Numbered from the stretch's first letter, positions 8,660 through 15,707 are shown. The stretch: DNA of 20,000 bases from an uncultured virus (IMG/VR IMGVR_UViG_3300025122_000011) (IMGVR_UViG_3300025122_000011), one strand, 5' to 3'. The notes: generated by a model not told the origin, from the sequence alone. Made by a program: numbers and translations.

Positions 8660-8687
8660 TTGCCAAATGCCGAAATTAGTGTATGAT
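8660..8687 (+). promoter_or_regulatory. sigma70-type early promoter, leaderless
   Basis: TTGCCA-16-TATGAT, ATG 7 nt downstream (8695). Confidence 0.8.
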
Positions 8688-8694
8688 GGGTAAC

Positions 8695-8907
8695 ATGAAA
8701 CATGAACCCAGTGATGATGCGCTCGATAGGGCTCTGCGGCTCCTGCTCCAACAGGACAAAATTAGCCTTATGTGGGACGAGACCCAAAACCAGTTCGCCT
8801 TTTTCATGACCCCCGCCCAACGCGAGGCTTTCGATGCCGAAATAGGGGTTGACTTTCCACCAACCAACGACGACCACCCCGACCACAACTGGCCTGAGCC
8901 CTGGTAA
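8695..8907 (+). CDS. small acidic hypothetical protein
   Basis: MKHEPSDD..., start near promoter +1. Confidence 0.7.
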   Translation: MKHEPSDDALDRALRLLLQQDKISLMWDETQNQFAFFMTPAQREAFDAEIGVDFPPTNDDHPDHNWPEPW

Positions 8908-9129
8908 ATGACTATCATCACACAACTTAGGTGCCAAGGGTGCCAAGACACTAACCCAGATGGGCTCCGTCCTGTCCGACTCGTCACGAAGATTAGCACA
9001 GGCGAGACCAAGGCCATGTGTCCGACATGCTTTGACTTTCTCATTAGGGTCAGCGACACGCTCGACTACACCGATGACCGCGTCTTCGCTCCAGAATTTC
9101 GAGTTTCACCTCTTGACAATCCGAGATAA
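8908..9129 (+). CDS. small zinc-finger protein
   Basis: CQGC...CPTC; abuts upstream stop. Confidence 0.7.
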   Translation: MTIITQLRCQGCQDTNPDGLRPVRLVTKISTGETKAMCPTCFDFLIRVSDTLDYTDDRVFAPEFRVSPLDNPR

Positions 9130-9140
9130 TCGGCTATAAT
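9113..9140 (+). promoter_or_regulatory. consensus sigma70 promoter, leadered transcript
   Basis: TTGACA-16-TATAAT; AAGGA SD before ATG 9183. Confidence 0.85.
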
Positions 9141-9182
9141 AGTTCAAGCAATACATTTCTAAACCCCTACCAAGGACAACAC

Positions 9183-9725
9183 ATGGCCAAGACCGCCAAG
9201 AAGACCCGCGCCAAGCGGAAGACTGTTCAACAGATGTTGGACGAAACCCAAGCCAAGGAGCGCAAGCTCAAGGCTCGCATCGCTTTGAAGAAAGTGATGG
9301 ACAACCCTGCAATAAAGACTTTGCAGAATTCCCTCGATGAGTTGACTAAGAAGATGATCGAATTCCAGAAAGGTTTCGGCAGTGGCCCGCAATCCTTCCG
9401 TTCTCGCATCGAAGGCAAACAACTCTGGATCGCGCAGATCGAGGCTGAGGCGGAATTCGCTGAAGTTGGTCTCGACGCTCTAAGTGAGCAAAGGGATTAC
9501 CTCAAGACCGAGATCGGTCACGTTGCCACTGCAATTACCGAAGGTATCACGGGGGTCGAACTTGACCACTTGGTTTCTGTGGTGCTCGGTAATATTCCAA
9601 CCATCGACGACGAAAACGTTGCAGGGGCGCGAGCGAATCTTGAAGCCGCTACCACTGATCGTCTCGTCTTTACGAAACTGAAGAAGATGTCTAAAAAGGC
9701 CAAGGAGGCCATCAACAATGCGTAG
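9183..9725 (+). CDS. coiled-coil protein with basic termini
   Basis: 180 aa, heptad-like, Lys-rich ends. Confidence 0.8.
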   Translation: MAKTAKKTRAKRKTVQQMLDETQAKERKLKARIALKKVMDNPAIKTLQNSLDELTKKMIEFQKGFGSGPQSFRSRIEGKQLWIAQIEAEAEFAEVGLDALSEQRDYLKTEIGHVATAITEGITGVELDHLVSVVLGNIPTIDDENVAGARANLEAATTDRLVFTKLKKMSKKAKEAINNA

Positions 9726-9918
9726 TTTTCGTCAAGTCCAGTTCTCAAATAGCAATTATGTCTGCTATTCCTACGGTCGCACTAGTGGTGCGTCTACCCC
9801 GATCTATAAGATCGTAAAGCGCAGCAACAAGGCTGTGGTTCACAGTGGCAAGCGTAAGCACATCGTCGAGGTGTGGAACACGCGATACGCCACGCCTTAC
9901 AGCTTCACCGCTAACTAA
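9718..9918 (+). CDS. small basic hypothetical protein
   Basis: AAGGAGG SD, overlaps upstream stop. Confidence 0.7.
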   Translation: MRSFRQVQFSNSNYVCYSYGRTSGASTPIYKIVKRSNKAVVHSGKRKHIVEVWNTRYATPYSFTAN

Positions 9919-9924
9919 GGTCAG

Positions 9925-10235
9925 AGCCTGGGTATGCTAAACTGCCCACCATTTATTAGTGCTACGGCGGTAGGACAGCCGCTTGGCTTAGGATGTGTCG
10001 CAGCTACCCTAAGCTCGGGAATCGCCAACGCCCTTACGGGATGGACATGCGAGGACCGTGGCACCATTTATATTCAGGGGGGGAGTATGGTTGCCTTCGG
10101 AGCCTTTAGGCGAGTCCAGTAACCAATCCCCCCCTCTCATTTTTGAGGAGCCGAGTCAGCACCTTTGTAGCACCTTCGGGCGATGGCATAGTAAGATATG
10201 TGCGGGTAATTGGGATAAGGTGCGTCCCACTCCTC
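9925..10235 (+). ncRNA. cluster of four candidate small structured RNAs
   Basis: Units 9925-9951, 9959-10066, 10076-10135 and 10145-10235 are each closed by complementary ends and separated by AT-rich linkers; the first two end in ACCA. Confidence 0.55.
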
Positions 10236-10244
10236 TCTTCTATT

Positions 10245-10604
10245 ATGAAAACAATATTTCTAGATATCGACGGAACTATATTCTACCAATCCGACCGCTG
10301 CGACGAGGTCTATAGAACCCAGCCTGGGCTAATAAAGGGCTCAGCTAAAAAGTGTTGGCAGTGGCATCAAAAAGGCTATAATATAATCCTTACTACAGGA
10401 AGGCCTGAATCCTCTAGGAAATGGTGTGAACAAGCTCTAGCTCATCATAATATTGTGTATGATCAACTTATTATGAGTTTAAAGCCTTGGCCTCGTTATT
10501 TAATAAATAACGACCGATGGCGACCGTCGGATCAACGGGATGATCTCACCGCTTTTGCAAATACAATCCCCACAAATCATGGCATAAGTGATTTAGACAT
10601 CTAG
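10245..10604 (+). CDS. HAD-superfamily phosphatase (capless, PNKP-phosphatase-like)
   Basis: Motif I 'TIFLDIDGTI', motif II 'ILTTGRP', later 'K...INND'; start re-assigned to MKTIF. Confidence 0.85.
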   Translation: MKTIFLDIDGTIFYQSDRCDEVYRTQPGLIKGSAKKCWQWHQKGYNIILTTGRPESSRKWCEQALAHHNIVYDQLIMSLKPWPRYLINNDRWRPSDQRDDLTAFANTIPTNHGISDLDI

Positions 10605-10667
10605 GCTTAGGCCCCTTCGGGGCCGGGGCGAAATCCCTAAGTCCCTACACACCAACACCTTATGAGC
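10604..10667 (+). repeat. module-boundary element copy 5
   Basis: Identical to copy 4; overlaps TAG stop. Confidence 0.95.
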
Positions 10668-10700
10668 CATAAAAACTTCAAAAAAACATGAAACCGTGGC

Positions 10701-10728
10701 TTGACAGACCCTAAAATTAGTGTATGAT
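10701..10728 (+). promoter_or_regulatory. sigma70-type early promoter driving a tRNA-like RNA
   Basis: TTGACA-16-TATGAT; predicted +1 is 10735. Confidence 0.85.
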
Positions 10729-10734
10729 ATACAG

Positions 10735-10842
10735 GGCGCTGATATTGGCTTTGCTGTGCATTACGACGATTCCCGCGACCGTTTCGTAGCGGTGTTGAAG
10801 GGATGAGGCATAGTAGGGGGTTCAAATCCCCCCAGCGTCACC
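10735..10842 (+). ncRNA. tRNA/tmRNA-like RNA without anticodon arm
   Basis: Acceptor GGCGCTG/CAGCGTC + ACC; T-arm GGGGG-TTCAAAT-CCCCC; unpaired D-region; long helix TGCTGTGC/GCATAGTA. Confidence 0.75.
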
Positions 10843-10857
10843 TTTTCCCCAAAACTA

Positions 10858-11055
10858 ATGAAAAAAGCACGATACACCCTAAGCGTAGAGTATGACAACG
10901 GAGATTTGCTTCGTCAGCCCTACCTCACCCAGGCCAGAGCCTATCGGATCCTAAAAGCCTACGAGGACAAGGGTTGGATCTACCGCCCGATCGGCTGGAA
11001 GCCCCTTCGCATCACTCGATGGAAGCTCTCCACAGGTTGGCAAGAAACCGAATAA
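10858..11055 (+). CDS. small hypothetical protein
   Basis: 65-aa ORF filling the gap between the RNA and the next promoter. Confidence 0.65.
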   Translation: MKKARYTLSVEYDNGDLLRQPYLTQARAYRILKAYEDKGWIYRPIGWKPLRITRWKLSTGWQETE

Positions 11056-11061
11056 TAGGGC

Positions 11062-11089
11062 TTGACAGACCCCGAAATTACTGTATAAT
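11062..11089 (+). promoter_or_regulatory. sigma70-type early promoter, leaderless
   Basis: TTGACA-16-TATAAT, ATG 6 nt downstream (11096). Confidence 0.9.
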
Positions 11090-11095
11090 AGAAGC

Positions 11096-11389
11096 ATGAA
11101 TGAACGCCAAGAACACGGCCCTCTGGGGCACCAAGAACTCCGAGAAATCCAAGAACAACACATGAAGCTCGTCAACATGGCGAACGAGTTTGACTCTTTC
11201 TTTATCCACTACCTATTCGGTTGGATGGGTGTCGAGCGACACAAGGACATGGCAGAGTGCGCTCGCGCCTATCTTAATGACCAATACGGAGTACGCGACG
11301 TTCCTCGGCGGGACGAGGGTCGCGCCCTTCTCGCTAAATTCGACGAGGAAAACAACCTGTCGGAGAAGTCGGTGGACGTAATAAAGTGA
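11096..11389 (+). CDS. hypothetical protein
   Basis: 97 aa, starts at promoter +1. Confidence 0.75.
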   Translation: MNERQEHGPLGHQELREIQEQHMKLVNMANEFDSFFIHYLFGWMGVERHKDMAECARAYLNDQYGVRDVPRRDEGRALLAKFDEENNLSEKSVDVIK

Positions 11390-12012
11390 AAATCGCCGAA
11401 GCTAAAGCGATCACGGGGGGTCTCTCCAATCCCTCTAAGATGCCAGGGAAAGCCTACAATCTATCCGCTTTCGATTGTGATATGGGCTCTAAACTCGCTG
11501 TAAAAGCGGGAAGTGTATGCTCGGGATGCTATGCTCGAAAGGGTCGCTATCGTTTCCCTATGGTGCAAAAAGCTCTAAAGCGTAGACTCGCCTCCCTCGA
11601 TCACCCTTATTGGATCGAGGCGATGGTCACGCTAATTAGCAAACAATCCCCCAAACACTTTCGCTGGCATGATAGCGGGGATATTCAAAGCCTCGCGCAT
11701 CTAATGGCTATTACTGCGATTTGTGGATACACTCCTAATACGCAGCATTGGCTCCCTACTAAAGAATACGGGATAATCAAACAATATCTAAAGCATTGGG
11801 ATTTTCCCTCTAATTTGTGTGTTCGTGTTTCGGCTCCACTCATGGATCATCTCCCTAAGACGCTCTCGGGTGTCTTGGGGAGTATGGTTTTCTCGAAAGA
11901 CAAAAAGCCTGATACTTCGATCTGCCCCGCATCTAAACAAGGAAACCAGTGTGGCTCCTGTCGCAATTGCTGGGATTCTTCTATTCCTGTAATTGCTTAC
12001 CCGAAACACTAA
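11386..12012 (+). CDS. GP88-family phage protein (Cys-rich, radical-SAM-like)
   Basis: 'GGLSNPSKMPG', C..CSGCYA, 'FRWHDSGD', 'HWLPTKE', C-terminal 'CPA...CGSCRNCWD'; GTGA overlap. Confidence 0.8.
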   Translation: MKIAEAKAITGGLSNPSKMPGKAYNLSAFDCDMGSKLAVKAGSVCSGCYARKGRYRFPMVQKALKRRLASLDHPYWIEAMVTLISKQSPKHFRWHDSGDIQSLAHLMAITAICGYTPNTQHWLPTKEYGIIKQYLKHWDFPSNLCVRVSAPLMDHLPKTLSGVLGSMVFSKDKKPDTSICPASKQGNQCGSCRNCWDSSIPVIAYPKH

Positions 12013-12251
12013 TGCACATACCCGAAGCACTCTCATGCGCTGCCGATGCAATTATGATCTGGGACTATCATTCTGCCCCTTTGCAGTATAGCGATAAGTT
12101 TCCCGACGATGACTGCGATTATATAGCATACATTCCAAACGGGATAATCCCACCTTATCTAGAAGAGGGAACCCGCTTCGCCCCTTGTGAAATTAAACTC
12201 TCTTTTATTCCGCTAGACGACGCTATCGTTATCGCAGGGTACCACGCATGA
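12012..12251 (+). CDS. small acidic hypothetical protein
   Basis: MHIPEALS...; TAATG coupling. Confidence 0.65.
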   Translation: MHIPEALSCAADAIMIWDYHSAPLQYSDKFPDDDCDYIAYIPNGIIPPYLEEGTRFAPCEIKLSFIPLDDAIVIAGYHA

Positions 12252-12460
12252 AACCGAAACCAAAAGCTAAAGCTATCGAGGATTTTCTGGAAGAGTCCTC
12301 AAAGTCTCTTTATGGCAGTTCACGCCTCGACTGTATCAAACACAATACATGCGTGAAGTGTGCAGCTAACGCTAAACGCTTCCGTGATACTTCTTCCTTG
12401 GAGGAGTTTGCAATATCTGGTTATTGCCAAACTTGCCAAGATTCTATTTTTGGGAAATAA
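12248..12460 (+). CDS. small zinc-finger protein
   Basis: CVKC...'EFAISGYCQTCQDSIFG'; ATGA overlap. Confidence 0.8.
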   Translation: MKPKPKAKAIEDFLEESSKSLYGSSRLDCIKHNTCVKCAANAKRFRDTSSLEEFAISGYCQTCQDSIFGK

Positions 12461-12466
12461 TCCAAT

Positions 12467-12685
12467 ATGTTCAATTCCGTTACGGAAATTCACAATAAGT
12501 CGATCGCGTTGGGTAATGCGTTCGCTGCGTCTTATGCGTCCGACTCGTCGAGCGATGCCACTCTCGCATTGCTGGAAAACTACAAGGACGAACGGCGCAA
12601 GCTCGCTAAGCAGATGGGTCCAAACGGTTACAAGCGTCCTGGTGCTGCCGAGGCTTTCTCGGCCACTCAGGGCGATAACCTGTAG
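12467..12685 (+). CDS. small hypothetical protein
   Basis: 72 aa, in operon order, ends just before boundary element. Confidence 0.65.
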   Translation: MFNSVTEIHNKSIALGNAFAASYASDSSSDATLALLENYKDERRKLAKQMGPNGYKRPGAAEAFSATQGDNL

Positions 12686-12694
12686 CCTAGACTA

Positions 12695-12755
12695 GACTTA
12701 GGCCCCTTCGGGGGCCGGGACGCCCCCCCATAAGTCCTTACTATCACAACACTTA
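12695..12755 (+). repeat. module-boundary element copy 6 (divergent)
   Basis: GACTTAGGCCCCTTCGGGGGCC...TAAGTCCTTACTATCACAACACTTA. Confidence 0.85.
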
Positions 12756-12784
12756 AAATTATCCAATAAGTATTAAGTGGGGGG

Positions 12785-12812
12785 TGGACAAATCGATTTT
12801 GTGTGCTACAAT
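12785..12812 (+). promoter_or_regulatory. sigma70-type promoter, leaderless
   Basis: TGGACA-16-TACAAT, ATG 7 nt downstream (12820). Confidence 0.7.
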
Positions 12813-12819
12813 AGTAGGT

Positions 12820-13026
12820 ATGAAGTTGACAGAACTAGAAACATTCATCGTTCGCACCCTCACGATTATCGAGAAGCTCCTCCCCCACGACGAGGAAGGT
12901 GCGAAAGCGTTTTATGACATCTCTAAGGTGCTCGGATTGGATACTGAAAAGCATCCCGCCGACTCTGTTCGGGAACTTGCTGATAAGCTCACCCCGCCCC
13001 ATCCTCGCACCGCGAGTATGAACTAA
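12820..13026 (+). CDS. small hypothetical protein
   Basis: MKLTELE...; start re-assigned. Confidence 0.7.
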   Translation: MKLTELETFIVRTLTIIEKLLPHDEEGAKAFYDISKVLGLDTEKHPADSVRELADKLTPPHPRTASMN

Positions 13027-13343
13027 TGGGATTTTTCTCGTGGGATTGTGAAGTTTGCGGGCATCCGCTGCTCAGTGTTTATGCGTTAGAAGATAAAAAT
13101 GCATGGATGAATAACGTCGTAATACTTACCGAAGAAGGACACAAATTCTCAGGGGCATACGATGGATATGGTAGTGTAGATGACTGGCAGGAACCTTTCG
13201 AGGACGGGACCTGCGAATGCTATCATAAACTATGCTGGGAAAAAGCAGGAAAACCTACACGGTTTACAGAAGCATCTGAAATGTCAGACGACCAAGGGTA
13301 CTTTTTCGAGGCTGGAGTGCATAACATTCCTGAACCAAACTAA
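13026..13343 (+). CDS. hypothetical phage protein
   Basis: 'MGFFSWDCEVCG...GAYDGYG...DQGYFF'; TAATG coupling. Confidence 0.8.
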   Translation: MGFFSWDCEVCGHPLLSVYALEDKNAWMNNVVILTEEGHKFSGAYDGYGSVDDWQEPFEDGTCECYHKLCWEKAGKPTRFTEASEMSDDQGYFFEAGVHNIPEPN

Positions 13344-13561
13344 TGACTAAATACACAATCGAGTTGGATGAGGAAGAAATCGAAATTGTGAAAAGGATCT
13401 TTACGGACTTCAACCACCAACAAAGCCTGCACGTCGTCGAGCACCTTGCCATCTACAACCAGTGGGCGGTCCAACGCCACCTCGATCTCGCGCAGGATCC
13501 CCTGTTCGGCCCATTGCTGAAGGGAATTTTAGACCAGATTTTGAACCCGAAATACGACTAA
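13343..13561 (+). CDS. small hypothetical protein
   Basis: TAATG coupling; last gene before terminator. Confidence 0.7.
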   Translation: MTKYTIELDEEEIEIVKRIFTDFNHQQSLHVVEHLAIYNQWAVQRHLDLAQDPLFGPLLKGILDQILNPKYD

Positions 13562-13587
13562 CTAGCCCCTTTTGACTTTTATAATAG

Positions 13588-13609
13588 AAGCCCCAAAAGG
13601 GGCTTTTTT
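13588..13609 (+). terminator. Rho-independent terminator closing the early region
   Basis: AAGCCCC-AAAA-GGGGCTT followed by T run. Confidence 0.85.
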
Positions 13610-13671
13610 CGTGCCTAAAACGAAAGTTAGACGTTTTGACTTTTCTCCTACTTTCTCTAGGAGCAACAACA

Positions 13672-13700
13672 TCTAAGTTGTTATTATTTCACGACTTAGA
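13672..13700. promoter_or_regulatory. solo 29-bp palindromic site related to the boundary element
   Basis: TCTAAGTTGTTATTATTTCACGACTTAGA; same TAAG-N17-CTTA geometry. Confidence 0.65.
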
Positions 13701-13966
13701 TTTTTGGGTGTTTTTAGCTTTTCTGATGTATTTGACCGTCTAAATCACGTTTTGACTTTTTTACTGTGGGGGGTCGATACGGTAAAGGGGTCTCAGACCT
13801 TGTTTGACTTTTTTACAAGCCTTTGTAATTCTTTCAAAATAGCTTGTAATAGGGCTATTCGATCAGTTAGAGTGGTTTTTATGGTTTGACTTATTTGCAT
13901 ATATATAAGTTGATTCTTACTTAAGTCGGTTTTGACTTATTTGCGGTGGGGCCAAGCTCACATAGT

Positions 13967-14053
13967 TCAAAAACAGCTAACCATAATGATAAATGCAATT
14001 CCAACTATAATCATAGGCCAGAACATTGGTATTCTTACCAATTTCTCAATCAT
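13967..14053 (-). CDS. 28-aa membrane peptide (not in ORF track)
   Basis: MIEKLVRIPMFWPMIIVGIAFIIMVSCF*. Confidence 0.45.
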   Translation of the reverse strand: MIEKLVRIPMFWPMIIVGIAFIIMVSCF

Positions 14054-14061
14054 TTGACTTT

Positions 14062-14244
14062 TTACCAACTTTGTCTCCCTCTAACATGGTTGAAATAAGC
14101 TATTGTTTTATCCACTCCTTTACCCTCGTTTTCTTCCTCTTTGTCCTGGTTATACTCTACTCTCCTATATATCGGAATAGGTGTTTTGACTTTTCTACAT
14201 AGCTTATCACTATGTTCAATACGTTCTTTCTCTTCATCACTCAT
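14062..14244 (-). CDS. small hypothetical protein
   Basis: 60 aa in - strand gene run. Confidence 0.55.
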   Translation of the reverse strand: MSDEEKERIEHSDKLCRKVKTPIPIYRRVEYNQDKEEENEGKGVDKTIAYFNHVRGRQSW

Positions 14245-14250
14245 GAAATT

Positions 14251-14460
14251 CTACCCTGAGAAAAAACTAAAGAAATCCTCTTCCGTCCTTGCTTTCTGTT
14301 TCAGGTCCTTGAGTATCTTCGCCATGTCTGTCCACATGAGTCGGAAGATCTGAGCATGTATCTTGGTAGCTAGAGCTACCTTACCCCCGAAGGAGTAAGC
14401 CTCATCTACTTTTTCTGATAGATCTGCTAGCTCACGCAGTTTCTTCGCTATATGTTTCAT
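14251..14460 (-). CDS. small hypothetical protein
   Basis: 69 aa helical ORF in - strand gene run. Confidence 0.65.
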   Translation of the reverse strand: MKHIAKKLRELADLSEKVDEAYSFGGKVALATKIHAQIFRLMWTDMAKILKDLKQKARTEEDFFSFFSG

Positions 14461-14567
14461 CGTAGCTTTCTAGTGCCTTTCCTTCGTAGGCTTGTTCTCC
14501 TTTGAAAAGAAACCCATTATTTTACTCCTAAAACAGTTATAATATAGACTTTGTCCACTGATAATCC

Positions 14568-14921
14568 TTAAGGAAGAAGTCTATCATATTCGTTAATACG
14601 ATTTACAATCTCATTAACAGTTCCATACACTACTATGTAACTAACATTTGGATTAGCATGGAACCCTTGGACAGCTACAGTATGCGATTCTGCTCCCTGT
14701 AACACAGGTGCTAGGCTCTCAGTATACATTACTACCAAATCCTCTTTTCCGTCCCACCCATATTTTAAGAGCTTTTCTTTATCTTCTGGTCGAGCATTTT
14801 GGAGGGCTTTAATTCTCTTAGGATCTATCCATAAATCAGTACGTCGATCGGTTAGATCCCCTGAGACTTTATGAAACTCAAATACTGTGAATTTAACTAA
14901 CATCAGGCTTATCCTCTTCAT
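14568..14921 (-). CDS. hypothetical protein
   Basis: 117 aa; true start may be the second Met. Confidence 0.65.
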   Translation of the reverse strand: MKRISLMLVKFTVFEFHKVSGDLTDRRTDLWIDPKRIKALQNARPEDKEKLLKYGWDGKEDLVVMYTESLAPVLQGAESHTVAVQGFHANPNVSYIVVYGTVNEIVNRINEYDRLLP

Positions 14922-15534
14922 CTAACCTAATTGGGGTGACTGGAACTGTTGATAGTAGAACTACTTTTGTTACATACTCACTAATGACAACATTTCTTTC
15001 TGCTTCAATAGCCCGAATAATACAGTTTATATGGCTATCTTTATATTGAGGAACAGGCCCATAGTGAGTAGCGGAGTATATTGCTTCCTCCAAGGTGTTA
15101 GCCATAACATGTAATTTCTTTACTACAGTTTCTTCTATATTGATTTCGAATTTAGTTTCAGTCGGGCTCATATACTTACCTGCTGCTCTGCCCATCAAAC
15201 GCCACAAATCTTTGTAGCTCATGGGAATTGAAATATCAAGCCCTGATTCAAGCCTAATAACAGTTGAACCTTTAAGATCGTTAGGGTCAGGCCAACATAA
15301 TGTGATGTGCCTCAGATTGATCGCTAAGGGCACCTTGTTACCGTTGTCAATAGACAACCATGCAGTAGGGCGAGAGCCTGAGATCACATCCTGGGGAAGC
15401 TCAAGGGGTGTTGAGGGTGTCTTGGTGATTGCTAAGGGAGTGACCGTGAGAACGAACGCTCCTAAACATAAAACTACAACCCGTGAGCCGATACTTTCCC
15501 CGAAATAGAACGTGGCAACTTCTTTTAATTTCAT
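14893..15534 (-). CDS. hypothetical protein with N-terminal membrane anchor
   Basis: Hydrophobic 'VVVLCLGAFVLTVTPLAI'. Confidence 0.65.
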   Translation of the reverse strand: MKLKEVATFYFGESIGSRVVVLCLGAFVLTVTPLAITKTPSTPLELPQDVISGSRPTAWLSIDNGNKVPLAINLRHITLCWPDPNDLKGSTVIRLESGLDISIPMSYKDLWRLMGRAAGKYMSPTETKFEINIEETVVKKLHVMANTLEEAIYSATHYGPVPQYKDSHINCIIRAIEAERNVVISEYVTKVVLLSTVPVTPIRLDEEDKPDVS

Positions 15535-15551
15535 ACTAGTTTACTTTCCAA

Positions 15552-15707
15552 TTAATTTCTTACTAATGCCCACCAACTTGAACCAGCATATAGCAATCCC
15601 CAAGTTATAAGCAAGCATCCTGCTAATGAAGTCCACCCAACTAGGTGAAATCCTACCGCCAAAGCGACTATCGATATTGCATTTACTACCCAATCTGGTT
15701 TAAGCAT
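15552..15707 (-). CDS. 51-aa membrane protein (not in ORF track)
   Basis: MLKPDWVVNAISIVALAVGFHLVGWTSLAGCLLITWGLLYAGSSWWALVRN*; TAATG coupling to the sigma-like gene. Confidence 0.6.
   Translation of the reverse strand: MLKPDWVVNAISIVALAVGFHLVGWTSLAGCLLITWGLLYAGSSWWALVRN

Larger units (their letters stand above)
13571..14194 (+). repeat. eight co-oriented TTTGACTT motifs at strand-convergence region
   Basis: Copies at 13571, 13635, 13751, 13803, 13885, 13931, 14053, 14185. Confidence 0.75.

Noticed and set aside
8454..8693. 79-aa ORF, and similarly 10637-10825 and 5468-5653
   Set aside because: They run through the repeat element and/or promoter; likely spurious
9934..10315. ORFs 9934-10122, 10058-10315 and the N-terminal extension of 10143-10604
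   Set aside because: They overlap strongly self-complementary units and lack SD or protein-like features; the HAD motif begins at 10245
10735..10842. Canonical Ser/Leu/Sec long-variable-arm tRNA
   Set aside because: No D-stem or 7-nt anticodon loop in the expected position; the long helix abuts the T-arm
5397..12755. CRISPR array interpretation of the repeated element
   Set aside because: Repeats are ~63 bp and separated by 1-2 kb of genes, not 30-40 bp spacers; no cas genes
13704..13889. 61-aa ORF in convergence zone
   Set aside because: TTG start, downstream of the terminator, composed of T-rich repeats
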